64,000 nt of DNA from an uncultured Polyangiaceae bacterium (GTDB lineage: Bacteria; Myxococcota_A; Polyangia; Polyangiales; Polyangiaceae): NCBI GenBank assembly GCA_964628155.1, contig CAZVPE010000006.1:291-64290 (forward strand), read 5' to 3'. A program made the position numbers and the translations under genes. Positions 38,161 to 46,970 of the stretch are shown here, one piece after another. Within the stretch, counting starts at the first letter, position 1. Each line of letters opens with the position of its first letter. The notes below the pieces were generated by a model. The model had not been told where the DNA came from and did no database searches. It saw only the letters and a list, made by a program, of their open reading frames with translations.

Positions 38161-39057
38161 ATGGGCGATGTCGAACGTCCCTTCCCGAACGCCAACGTGC
38201 TGCTCGATCGCGTGGTCGATATCTGTCCCTTTCCAGCGACGGCGCAACGCCTGATGCTCCTCGTCAACGACGACCGGGCTCAGGTCGACACCATCGCTTC
38301 GGCGGTTCAGTGCGACCCCGCGCTCGCCACCCAATTGCTCCGCGTCGCGAACAGCGCGGCCTTCCGGCCGACGGGGGCCGAACCGGTGCGCGACATCCGA
38401 CAGGCGCTCGTCTCGGTCGGGCTCGAAGAGCTCCGGATGATGGCCGGAGCGATGGCGCTCATGGCTGCCTTCGCGACGCGCGACGAGCTCTCGCTGGACC
38501 TTCATCGGACGAGCGCAGTCTCGGGCGCCATCGCCGAGCTGATTGCGCCGCCGGGCCCGGGGGTCTCGCGAGGGATGCCTCATATCTGCGGCCTGCTCTG
38601 CGAAGTCGGTGCGCTCGCGTGCCTCGCCGTCGACGGACCCGGGTACGTCGAGGTGTGGCAACGCACCGTCAAGAGCAACGGGGGACGCTGGTCGCCCGAA
38701 TCCGTTACCGCGCGCGACGCGCTCGAAGTCAGGCGCTACGGCATCACCACCCGCTCGGTGGGCGCGAGACTCCTCCGGCGCCACCAGCTCCCGCAGGAGA
38801 TGGGCGCGGCGATCGAGACGCCGCCCTTGTCGTCGCCGGACGTGCCGCTCTTGCATCGGGCCACGGCGTTCGTGAGGATCGCGACGCCTCTCGTCGTCGA
38901 GGCGCTCCGGACGAAAGATTCGGCGGCGCTCGCCGCCCAACTTGGGGAAGTCGCGCGGATGACCGCGTTCATCGAAGTGGCGGCCGACGAGCTGATGCGA
39001 CGCTGCCTCGTCGCAGCCACGAACATGGAAAAAACGCTGCGCGCCGCGCGCGATTGA
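38161..39057 (+). CDS. HDOD domain protein
   Basis: Starts at ATG 38161. FPATAQRLMLLVNDDRAQVDTIASAVQCDPALATQLLRVANSAAF...IRQALVSVGLEELR is the typical HDOD N-terminal pattern. Confidence 0.75.
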   Translation: MGDVERPFPNANVLLDRVVDICPFPATAQRLMLLVNDDRAQVDTIASAVQCDPALATQLLRVANSAAFRPTGAEPVRDIRQALVSVGLEELRMMAGAMALMAAFATRDELSLDLHRTSAVSGAIAELIAPPGPGVSRGMPHICGLLCEVGALACLAVDGPGYVEVWQRTVKSNGGRWSPESVTARDALEVRRYGITTRSVGARLLRRHQLPQEMGAAIETPPLSSPDVPLLHRATAFVRIATPLVVEALRTKDSAALAAQLGEVARMTAFIEVAADELMRRCLVAATNMEKTLRAARD

Positions 39058-39074
39058 CTCTAGCCAGTCCTAAT

Positions 39075-39202
39075 CTAGAACCCTGGTGATTGTCGTCGAG
39101 ACCGAGCGAGGCCGGTGGCGAGCGCGCGGAGCCTACTTCTGTAGGCGAGCACGCTCGACGCCGGGATCGCGAAGGTATCGGCGATAATCACCAGGGTTCT
39201 AG
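39075..39202. repeat. 128-nt element bounded by 25-bp imperfect inverted repeats (MITE-like element or long bidirectional hairpin)
   Basis: Left arm CTAGAACCCTGGTGATTGTCGTCGA (39075-39099). The reverse complement of the right arm is CTAGAACCCTGGTGATTATCGCCGA (39178-39202). The outer 17 nt are perfect and there are 2 mismatches overall. The interior has nested hairpins (gcctac-ttct-gtaggc and cgagcg...cgctcg). Confidence 0.8.
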
Positions 39203-39696
39203 CCTTCGAGCATGATGCGCCGCACGGCTTCCGCGTAGTCGAACTCGCGGCGACGGCGGGTGAGTTCGGGCGGGGGCTGGCGCTGCGGCGCGGTTTGAGG
39301 CGCTTGGCCGAGGTGACCGCGCAGGATGAGCCTCGCGACGGCGGACAGCGACTCGAAGTGCAGGCCGAGGGAGCGCCCGTCATCGCCCGGGCGGCGGCCT
39401 TCCACCGTGCGCCGGAGCGTCGCGCGCGTGTCGAACCATAGGGAGAGCTCGGTGGCCTGAAAGCTCACGACCAAATCGGCGCCGTCCTCCAAGCGCTCGT
39501 CCGAGCGAACGAGCATGCCCTGCGGCGAGAGGTCCACGGTGCGGTCGCCGACCAAACGGCCGTTTCTACGCCGGACCTGGCATCCGAGGCGGACCACACG
39601 ACGCATCTCTCCGCGTCGATTCGGAGGGAGATGCCCGCACGCGGCGCGCGTCAGCGAAGGGGTGAGCAGGCGCAGGGAATACGCGACGTTTGCCAT
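39199..39696 (-). CDS. PilZ domain protein (paralogue A)
   Basis: From MANVAYS. RRGEMRR (RxxxR) and DLSPQG (DxSxxG) c-di-GMP motifs. The stop codon TAG lies inside the right inverted repeat. Confidence 0.75.
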   Translation of the reverse strand: MANVAYSLRLLTPSLTRAACGHLPPNRRGEMRRVVRLGCQVRRRNGRLVGDRTVDLSPQGMLVRSDERLEDGADLVVSFQATELSLWFDTRATLRRTVEGRRPGDDGRSLGLHFESLSAVARLILRGHLGQAPQTAPQRQPPPELTRRRREFDYAEAVRRIMLEG

Positions 39697-39754
39697 GGGA
39701 GACCCTCCTCGATTCCGAATCGTAAGGGGTACACTTCGGTGAGGGCCAACTTGC

Positions 39755-40198
39755 TCACGAGAGCGCGCGTCCCACGCTCGCCGCATAGTCGATTCGCGCC
39801 TCACGCCGCGGCACGGGCGGCGGCACGCCCTGGAGCGCGGTGTGCAAGAAATATTGCAGTGCACCGTCGAGGCCGTCGAATTCGAGCCCGACGCAGCGTC
39901 CGTGGTCGCCAGGGCGGCGCCCGTGCACCACGCGAGCAACCGTAGCCTCCGCGTCGAACCACCAAGTGCTCCGGGGCAGCCGAAACGCCACGAGCAGCGC
40001 CTCGCCCGTCATGACGGGTTTCTCTGCCAAAACGAGCATGCCGAGGGGCGAAAGGTCGAGGCCGCATCTTCCGACCAGCGTGAAATCACGCTCCCGGACA
40101 ACCTGGCAGTCGACGCGAACACCGCGGCGAAGGGCACGGCGCTGCTGGGCGGGCACGAGCGTGGCGAACATGGGGGCCTCCTCCGACGATTCGACCAC
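39755..40198 (-). CDS. PilZ domain protein (paralogue B)
   Basis: QQRRALRR and DLSPLG motifs. It is colinear with paralogue A (shared GRRPGD.GR..GL.F and WFD). The alternative start is 40171. Confidence 0.75.
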   Translation of the reverse strand: MVESSEEAPMFATLVPAQQRRALRRGVRVDCQVVRERDFTLVGRCGLDLSPLGMLVLAEKPVMTGEALLVAFRLPRSTWWFDAEATVARVVHGRRPGDHGRCVGLEFDGLDGALQYFLHTALQGVPPPVPRREARIDYAASVGRALS

Positions 40199-40330
40199 GC
40201 CCCAAAGCGGGATGCGGGCCGTCGAAGTCGGATCGTAGGGGGGGGCGCCGGGTCGCGGCCAAGTTCTCGCGCGAACTTTCGCGGCGTAGGCGCGCCCCGC
40301 GGCTGCGACGATGCGCGGCCGGGCGCCTCG

Positions 40331-41479
40331 TCAGACCCCGCCGCCCATCAACATCGCCGAGAGCTTCCCCAGTCCCTCGAGATCGTGCACGTCGCTCGAG
40401 AGCTCGGGGATGCGCACGACGGGCACCTTGCCCTTGGCGCGGTCCTCGAGCGCGCGGACGTGCATCGCGTCGAGGGCGGCCAGGCGGACGGCGTCGGCGT
40501 GCGCTTGCACCAGGCGCGCCGGGGCATCGTCGTCGAGCACGAGACCGTGGGCGGCGACCGCCCCCGCCACTTCGTCCGGGGTGGGGGCTGCATCCGCCAA
40601 GGGGGGCGGTAGGCGGAATCGATTCACGACGAACGCTCCGCGCGGCATTTGGGACGCCTCCAGTCGATCGCTGAAGAAGACGACCTCCTGGATGCTCATC
40701 GGCGCCGGGCTCGTCGCGAGCACGAACGAGACCTCGGGCGAGCGGAGCGCCGCTTCGACGATCTTCGCGCGCTCCCGGAACCCGCCGAAGAGGTCGTTCA
40801 GCTCCGTGATGAACTCCGCCATCGCCTCGAGAAAGCCGCCACCGGTGATGCGGCCCAGGCCCCGCAGAACCACCACGGCCGATCGTGCGAGCAAGTTCAG
40901 CGACAGCTTGCCCGTGGACTGGAACGCCTGGACGAACCATCGAATCGCCGCCGAGTCGAGCGCTTCGACGAGGCGCTCGGGTGCATCGAGAAAGTCGAGC
41001 GCGTTCGTCGTAGGGGGCGTGTCGAGAATGACGAGGTCGAAGCGGGGGTCTTTCTGGACGGAGACGAGCTTCTCCATCGCCATGTACTCTTGCGTGCCCG
41101 CGAGCGACCGGGACACGTATTGGTAGAGCTTGTTGCCGAGGAGCTTCCTTGCCCGCTCCGGCGAAGGCGAATACTTGAGAACGAGCTCGTCGAACGTGGC
41201 GCTCGGATCGAGCATCATCGCGGTCAGTGAACCGCGCGGCGACGCTCCTTGCGGGATGTACGGATCGGCGACGACCTGCTCTTCGCCCATCATGCTCTCG
41301 AGCCCGAGCGCTTGGGCGAGGCGCTTGGCCGGGTCGATGGTGAGACACAAGACGCGCCGCCCACGCCGCGCGGCCGCGACCCCGAGGGCGGCCGCCGTCG
41401 TCGTCTTGCCGACTCCCCCCGCCCCGACGACGACGAGGACGTGGCGTGACATCACGAGCTGGTCGAGGGCTTCAGCCAT
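40331..41479 (-). CDS. ArsA/Get3-family P-loop ATPase (single-domain)
   Basis: VVVGAGGVGKTTTAAALG deviant Walker A, LTIDPAKRL and DTPPT. Its start overlaps the dnaB stop by 8 nt (ATGGCTGA). Confidence 0.8.
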   Translation of the reverse strand: MAEALDQLVMSRHVLVVVGAGGVGKTTTAAALGVAAARRGRRVLCLTIDPAKRLAQALGLESMMGEEQVVADPYIPQGASPRGSLTAMMLDPSATFDELVLKYSPSPERARKLLGNKLYQYVSRSLAGTQEYMAMEKLVSVQKDPRFDLVILDTPPTTNALDFLDAPERLVEALDSAAIRWFVQAFQSTGKLSLNLLARSAVVVLRGLGRITGGGFLEAMAEFITELNDLFGGFRERAKIVEAALRSPEVSFVLATSPAPMSIQEVVFFSDRLEASQMPRGAFVVNRFRLPPPLADAAPTPDEVAGAVAAHGLVLDDDAPARLVQAHADAVRLAALDAMHVRALEDRAKGKVPVVRIPELSSDVHDLEGLGKLSAMLMGGGV

Positions 41480-42953
41480 TTCCTTCGTACCCGCCGTCCG
41501 CGAGGTTGTCGAAGCGCGTGTACTGCGCGTCGAAGCGCACGCGAACCGTGTCGGTAGGCCCGTTTCTTTGCTTGGCGACGATGAGCTCGGCCACGTTCCG
41601 GTCGGCCGTTTCCTTGTTGTAATAGTCGTCGCGATAAATAAAGCAGATGTTGTCGGCGTCCTGCTCGATGGCGCCCGATTCGCGGAGGTCCGAGAGCTGG
41701 GGGCGCTTGCTCTTCTCGCCGCGGGTCTCGACCGCGCGATTGAGCTGGCTGAGGGCGATGACCGGAAGGCTGAGCTCCTTGGCGAGTTGCTTGAGACCGC
41801 GCGAAATCTCGCTGATCTCCTGCTCGCGTGACGGTTGCCCGTCGCGCCCCTTCATGAGCTGGAGGTAGTCGACGATCACGAGGCCGATACGCCTCTTCTT
41901 TTCGCCGGTCGCGGGGTCGACGTGGTCGAACTCCGCTTGCAGCCGGCGCGCCTTCGACCGAAGCTCGAGGATCGATAGCGCCGGAGTGTCGTCGATCCAC
42001 ACGTTGAGGCTCGCCAGGTGCGTCGCCGCTTGCGTCAGCTTGCTCCAATCGCTCGGAGTCAGCATGCCGGTACGCACGCGGCTCACGTCGACCTTCGCCT
42101 CGGAGCAAAGCATACGGTTGCAGATTTGCTCTCTCGGCATCTCCAGCGAGAAGACCGCGACCCCGGAGCCCGGCTCCTCCCATCGCTCGTTGGGGTCGCG
42201 CGCGCTCTCGAGCTGTTGCGGACTCGCGACGTTGGCGGCCACGTTGAGGACGAAGCTCGTTTTGCCCATCCCAGGGCGCGCCGCGACGATCGTGAGCTCG
42301 CCGTCGTGGAGGCCGCTCGTGATGCGATCGTAGCGATCGAAGCCTGTCGGGATCCCCGTGATGCGGGCGCCGCGCGCGTTCGCCTTGTCGATGCGCTCGA
42401 ACGTCTCGCGCATCACCTCTTTCAGCGTGCGGACGCTACTCGACTCCCGCGTCCGCGCGATGTCGTAGACGGCCTGCTCGGCCGAGTCGATGAACTGCTG
42501 CGCGTCGCCGTAGCCCGCGTACCCCTGCGCGGTGAGCCGCTGGCAGGTGAGCACGAGCTGGCGAACACGCCACTTTTCGTGAATCGTGGCGCCGTAGGAG
42601 CCGACGTTGGCGACCGCGGGAGCCGCGTTGAGGACCTCGGTCAGGTAGGCGACCCCACCGACCTGGGCCAGCCGGTCGCGATCCCGGAGCCAGGTCGCCA
42701 CTTGGACGACGTCGACCGGTTTGCCTTCGGAGCTCAGCTCGACGCAGGCCTCGAAGATGCGCCTGTGCGCCTCCGAGTAGAAATGCTCGGCCTTGAGGAA
42801 CTCGTTCACCTTGTCGAGGGCGAGCGGGTCGAGCATGACGGCCGACAGAACCGCCGCCTCCACCGCGAGATCGTGCGGCGGAACGCGCTCGCTGAAGGCG
42901 ACCGAATCCTGCGTTTGCCCTCCGATCACTCGCAACTTTTCCACAGTTCGCAC
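41472..42953 (-). CDS. dnaB: Replicative DNA helicase DnaB
   Basis: 493 aa with PPHDLAVEAAVLSAVMLDP, Walker A RPGMGKTSF and IALSQLNR. Confidence 0.95.
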   Translation of the reverse strand: MRTVEKLRVIGGQTQDSVAFSERVPPHDLAVEAAVLSAVMLDPLALDKVNEFLKAEHFYSEAHRRIFEACVELSSEGKPVDVVQVATWLRDRDRLAQVGGVAYLTEVLNAAPAVANVGSYGATIHEKWRVRQLVLTCQRLTAQGYAGYGDAQQFIDSAEQAVYDIARTRESSSVRTLKEVMRETFERIDKANARGARITGIPTGFDRYDRITSGLHDGELTIVAARPGMGKTSFVLNVAANVASPQQLESARDPNERWEEPGSGVAVFSLEMPREQICNRMLCSEAKVDVSRVRTGMLTPSDWSKLTQAATHLASLNVWIDDTPALSILELRSKARRLQAEFDHVDPATGEKKRRIGLVIVDYLQLMKGRDGQPSREQEISEISRGLKQLAKELSLPVIALSQLNRAVETRGEKSKRPQLSDLRESGAIEQDADNICFIYRDDYYNKETADRNVAELIVAKQRNGPTDTVRVRFDAQYTRFDNLADGGYEGNG

Positions 42954-43069
42954 CCCAAAATGACCGGCGCCCCGGACCGAACGGATCGGCCGAGGCGCGC
43001 ATCACACGACGAAGATAGGGGACGGGACCGCTCCAGTCGAGCCCGACGCGGAATGTCTGGCGGGCGGTC

Positions 43070-43528
43070 CTACGCGCGCGCGGCAACCTCCACCTTGAGC
43101 GTAGCGGCCACGTCGGAGACCAGTTTCACGGCGACCTCGTACGACCCGACGTTCTTGATCGGTTCGGCGAGCTGAATGCGCTTTCGATCGATCGTGACGC
43201 CGAGCGCCTTGACGGCTGCCTCGATGTCTTTCGCAGTAACCGAGCCGAAGAGACGGCCGTCTTCGCCGGCCTTCTGGGTGATCTTCACGCGAAGCGCGCC
43301 CAGCTTGTCGGCGACCTCACGACCTTCCTTCTTTGCCTTCTCGGCCTTCGCGAGCGCGACGACCTTGTCGTGCTCGACGCGACGGACTGCCGCAGTCGTC
43401 GCCGGAACGGCGAGCTGACGCGGCAGGAGGTAATTTCGCGCGAAGCCCGGGCGAACCCGAACGAGGTCTCCGCTCTTGCCGACTTTTTCGACGTCGTGCT
43501 GGAGAACGACCTGGATGTTGGCGGGCAT
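43070..43528 (-). CDS. rplI: 50S ribosomal protein L9
   Basis: VVLQHDVEKVGKSGDLVRVRPGFARNYLLPRQLA. Confidence 0.95.
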   Translation of the reverse strand: MPANIQVVLQHDVEKVGKSGDLVRVRPGFARNYLLPRQLAVPATTAAVRRVEHDKVVALAKAEKAKKEGREVADKLGALRVKITQKAGEDGRLFGSVTAKDIEAAVKALGVTIDRKRIQLAEPIKNVGSYEVAVKLVSDVAATLKVEVAARA

Positions 43529-43546
43529 GGCTATCTCTTTTCCGCT

Positions 43547-43837
43547 CTAGCTCGCGTGGGTGACGGTGAAGGGCAAGAGCGCGATGTTGCGCGCTCGTTT
43601 GACGGCCAGCTGCACCTTGCGCTGGTGGCGCGCGCAGTTGCCGCTGATGCGGCGGGGGACGATCTTCCCTCGCTCGGTGATGAAGTACTTGAGCGCCTGA
43701 GGGTCCTTGTAGTCGATGACCAGCGCCTTGTCGGTGCAGTACCGGCACACGCGCTTCTTTCCGGTCCGCCGCCGGCCGACATCGGCGTTCAGATCCGGGG
43801 CTCGCCCGATGTCCCTGTCGTCGTCCATCATTGCCAT
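43547..43837 (-). CDS. rpsR: 30S ribosomal protein S18
   Basis: [53 protein letters not shown]. Confidence 0.9.
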   Translation of the reverse strand: MAMMDDDRDIGRAPDLNADVGRRRTGKKRVCRYCTDKALVIDYKDPQALKYFITERGKIVPRRISGNCARHQRKVQLAVKRARNIALLPFTVTHAS

Positions 43838-43840
43838 GGC

Positions 43841-44416
43841 TCAGACCTCCTCCCCGCCACCCGCACTCGGGGGCTTCACACCAGCATCTTCGCCTTCCTC
43901 CGGCACGACCGCCTCGAACTCTTCTTCGGGCACACGAGGCGCCCGGGGCGCGTCGGGTCCGAGATCGACCAAGCCCAATTGTTTCTCGCGCGACTCTTCC
44001 TTCTCTTCTTCCGGCGGCGGCTCCAGCTTGCCCAGCTTGGTCTCCTCCGGATCGATTTGAAGCGCCTCGAGATCCACGTCCTCGGCCGTCTGGACGGTCA
44101 TGTACTTCACGACTGCGTCTTGCAGCTTCAGGTTGCGCTCGACCTCGGCGACGAGCCCTCCCGACCCCACGTACCGCAAGTACACGTAAACGCCGCGGCG
44201 ATGCTTCTTCAGAGGATAGGCCAGCCTGCGCCGGCCCCACGTCTCGACCTTCACGAGCTTGCCGCGCTCGCGTTCGACCGCGTCGCTGACGCGCGCTTGA
44301 ACGCGTTCGGCGGAGTCGGCGTCGATGTCGGCGCGCAGAATGTAGATTGTCTCGTACTCTCTGGATCGGATGCGGGTCGGCGCGCGTTCGGCCGCCTGCG
44401 GCGTGGTGACGTTCAA
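43841..44416 (-). CDS. rpsF: 30S ribosomal protein S6 with a long acidic C-terminal extension
   Basis: TTG start at 44416, preceded by GGAGAA-5nt. YETIYILRADIDADSAERV...WGRRRLAYPLKKHRRGVYVY core, then a Glu/Pro-rich tail of about 75 aa. Confidence 0.8.
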   Translation of the reverse strand: MNVTTPQAAERAPTRIRSREYETIYILRADIDADSAERVQARVSDAVERERGKLVKVETWGRRRLAYPLKKHRRGVYVYLRYVGSGGLVAEVERNLKLQDAVVKYMTVQTAEDVDLEALQIDPEETKLGKLEPPPEEEKEESREKQLGLVDLGPDAPRAPRVPEEEFEAVVPEEGEDAGVKPPSAGGGEEV

Positions 44417-44522
44417 TGTCGTTCTCCTGGACTCGTCTTTCGACGCGGGCCCGCGGGACGATGTGCCCGCGAGCGAGGGGCAGCGCTCATAGCACGGCTT
44501 TGGCAAGCCTCCAAACTCGCCC

Positions 44523-45101
44523 TCAGTTCTTGGTGCGGGTGTTGACGAGATTCATGGCGGCCGCCGGGCCGATCTCGGCGACGCGGCGAATGGCGTCCGC
44601 GGCTCGGGCGACGACCTCGGAGAGTTCGGCCTTTTCGACCCCGTCGAAGTTCGAGAGAACCCAATCGGCGCCCTCCCCGCGGAAGCCGGCCGGGGGCTTG
44701 CCGATTCCGACACGGACGCGCAAGAAGTCCGGCGTTCCGAGCGACTGGATGATGCTTCGAATGCCGTTGTTGCCGGCGTGACCGCCGCCCATCTTCAGCC
44801 GGACGTCGCGCCAGGGTAGGTCGAGCTCGTCGTGTGCGACGACGATCTGCTCGGGGGGCACCTTGAAGAAAGCCGCCGCGGGCTGAACGCTGGTTCCGGA
44901 CAGGTTCATGTACGTCTGCGGCTTCAGGAGGACCACTTCGTGACCCTCGAGCGAACCGCGTGTCCAAAGGCCGGAGAACTTTTGCTTGAAGTCCGGCCAC
45001 CCGTGTAGGCGCCTGACTTCGTCGGCGACCAAGAAGCCGACGTTGTGACGATTGTTCTCGTGCTCGCGCCCAGGATTGCCGAGGCCGACGACCAGAAACA
45101 C
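44523..45101 (-). CDS. pth: Peptidyl-tRNA hydrolase
   Basis: LVVGLGNPGREHENNRHNVGF and HDELDLP motifs. Confidence 0.95.
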   Translation of the reverse strand: MFLVVGLGNPGREHENNRHNVGFLVADEVRRLHGWPDFKQKFSGLWTRGSLEGHEVVLLKPQTYMNLSGTSVQPAAAFFKVPPEQIVVAHDELDLPWRDVRLKMGGGHAGNNGIRSIIQSLGTPDFLRVRVGIGKPPAGFRGEGADWVLSNFDGVEKAELSEVVARAADAIRRVAEIGPAAAMNLVNTRTKN

Positions 45102-45104
45102 GAC

Positions 45105-45815
45105 TTATTTCTTTTTCTTGTCGTCCTTCGCCGGCGCCGCCTTGGCCGCTGCATCGGCACCGCCCGCCGCAGCCGCGCCGGCCGCCGGAGCCACCGACGC
45201 CCCCGCCGGCGCCGCGCCTGCAGCGCCCGGCGTAGCGGCTTCTTCGACTTCCTTTTCCGGCGCGACGACCGCGACGAGCGTTAGCTCGGCGGGCAGCAGG
45301 ACGGAAACTCCCTCGGGCAGCTTGAGGTCTTGGGTGGCGACGTGCTGGCCGAGCTCGAGGTGCGTGACGTCGGCCTCGATTTTGACCGGAATGCGATCGG
45401 GCAAGCACCGAACCGGAATCGTTCGGAGGACGATCCGGAGCACGCCACCCTTGGTCACGCCCACCGGCTTGCCCGTCGAAAAGAGCGGGACTTCGACGTC
45501 CACCGGCTTGTCGAGCTTCACCTCGATGAAGTCGACGTGCTCCAGCGCCCTCTTGACCGGATGGACGCTGAAATCGCGAATCATCGCCAAAAGCTTCTTC
45601 CCGTCGAGCTCGAGCTCGATCACGGTGTTCTGCCCGCGTTCGCTCTTGAGAATGACCGCGACTTCCTTCGGAGCGACCGCGATTGGGGTCGACGGCAGGC
45701 CTTTGCCGTACGCGATGGCCGGGACGAAACCGGTGCGGCGGAGGCGCCTCGCCTCCCCTTTTCCTGCGGGAGCGCGCGATTGGGCCTTCAGTGTGGGCAT
45801 CTCGACAGCAGCCAT
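45105..45815 (-). CDS. rplY: 50S ribosomal protein L25/general stress protein Ctc
   Basis: LKAQSRAPAGKGEARRLRRTGFVPAIAYG N-terminus and an Ala/Lys-rich tail. The start at 45815 has GGAGGA 7 nt upstream. Confidence 0.85.
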   Translation of the reverse strand: MAAVEMPTLKAQSRAPAGKGEARRLRRTGFVPAIAYGKGLPSTPIAVAPKEVAVILKSERGQNTVIELELDGKKLLAMIRDFSVHPVKRALEHVDFIEVKLDKPVDVEVPLFSTGKPVGVTKGGVLRIVLRTIPVRCLPDRIPVKIEADVTHLELGQHVATQDLKLPEGVSVLLPAELTLVAVVAPEKEVEEAATPGAAGAAPAGASVAPAAGAAAAGGADAAAKAAPAKDDKKKK

Positions 45816-45942
45816 GACGTCGTCCTCCATCCCCTGTCGGCTCGGCGCGTTGCGGCCGAGCGTGCGGGGTTCGATGCGGGGGGGCGCTCTCCTAGCAGAT
45901 GCCCGCGGGCAATGCCAACGACAGGAGCTCTTCAGCAGGAGC

Positions 45943-46887
45943 TCACGCGAAGAGGGAGCTCACGCTATCGGAGCTGTGGATTCGCTTGATCGCTTCGCCG
46001 AGCAGGCGGGCGATCGAAAGTTGCTTGATCTTCGGGCAGCTCTTGGCCGAGTCCGAAAGAGGAATCGAATCGGTGACGATGACTTCGGCCAGCGGCGACT
46101 CGGCGATGCGCTGCACGGCAGGCCCGGAAAGCACGCCGTGGGTGGCGCACGCCACGATCTTCTTGGCGCCCTTGTCGGAGAGGGCGCGCGCGGCGCCGCA
46201 GAGCGTGCCGGCCGTATCGATGATGTCGTCGATGATGATGCAGTCTTTCCCTTTGACCTCGCCGATGAGATTGACGACGTCACTCACGTTGGCGCGCTCG
46301 CGCCGCTTGTCGATGATCGCCAGCGACGCATCGAGCCGCTTCGAATAGGCGCGCGTGCGCTCCACCCCGCCCGCGTCGGGCGAGACGAACACCGCGGACG
46401 AATCGAAGTGTTTTCGCAGGTAATCCTCGAGGAAGACCGGCAGCGCGTACAGATGATCGAAGGGAATGTTGAAAAACCCCTGAATCTGCCCGGCGTGGAG
46501 GTCGACCGAAACCACTCGATTCACGCCTGCGACCTGGATGAGATCGGCGACGAGCTTGCTCGTGATGGGCGTCCGGGGGGCCACTTTGCGGTCTTGACGC
46601 CCGTAGCCGTAGTACGGGATGACCGCCGTGATGGATCCGGCGGAGGCGCGACGGAGAGCGTCGGTCATGATGAGGAGCTCCATCACGCTGTCGTTCGTGG
46701 GGCTGCTCGTCGACTGGATGATGAAGGCGTCCACACCGCGGACGTTCTCACCGATTTCGACGAAGCTCTCTCCGTCGCTGAAACGCGTGACCCTGCATTT
46801 GCCGAGCGGGGTCTCCAGATACTGGCCAATCGTGGCGGCCAGGTGGGGGTTGGCGTTGCCGGAGAAAAGGCACACCTTCTTGAACAC
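45943..46887 (-). CDS. prs: Ribose-phosphate pyrophosphokinase
   Basis: GTG start at 46887 after GGAGGAGG. Motifs [21 protein letters not shown] and [11 protein letters not shown]. Confidence 0.95.
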   Translation of the reverse strand: MFKKVCLFSGNANPHLAATIGQYLETPLGKCRVTRFSDGESFVEIGENVRGVDAFIIQSTSSPTNDSVMELLIMTDALRRASAGSITAVIPYYGYGRQDRKVAPRTPITSKLVADLIQVAGVNRVVSVDLHAGQIQGFFNIPFDHLYALPVFLEDYLRKHFDSSAVFVSPDAGGVERTRAYSKRLDASLAIIDKRRERANVSDVVNLIGEVKGKDCIIIDDIIDTAGTLCGAARALSDKGAKKIVACATHGVLSGPAVQRIAESPLAEVIVTDSIPLSDSAKSCPKIKQLSIARLLGEAIKRIHSSDSVSSLFA

Positions 46888-46970
46888 GCGCTGACCTCCT
46901 CCAGGCGCCAGGCCGTGGGTACGGCAACGGCGCGCTCCGCTCGTAGCCGGCTCGTCACACGCTGTCAACG

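Noticed and set aside
44417-44522. Promoter (TGcTATGAG extended -10-like sequence) and S6/S18 autoregulatory leader upstream of rpsF
   Set aside because: I could not pair the -10-like sequence with a correctly spaced -35. I also could not fold a convincing leader structure by eye.
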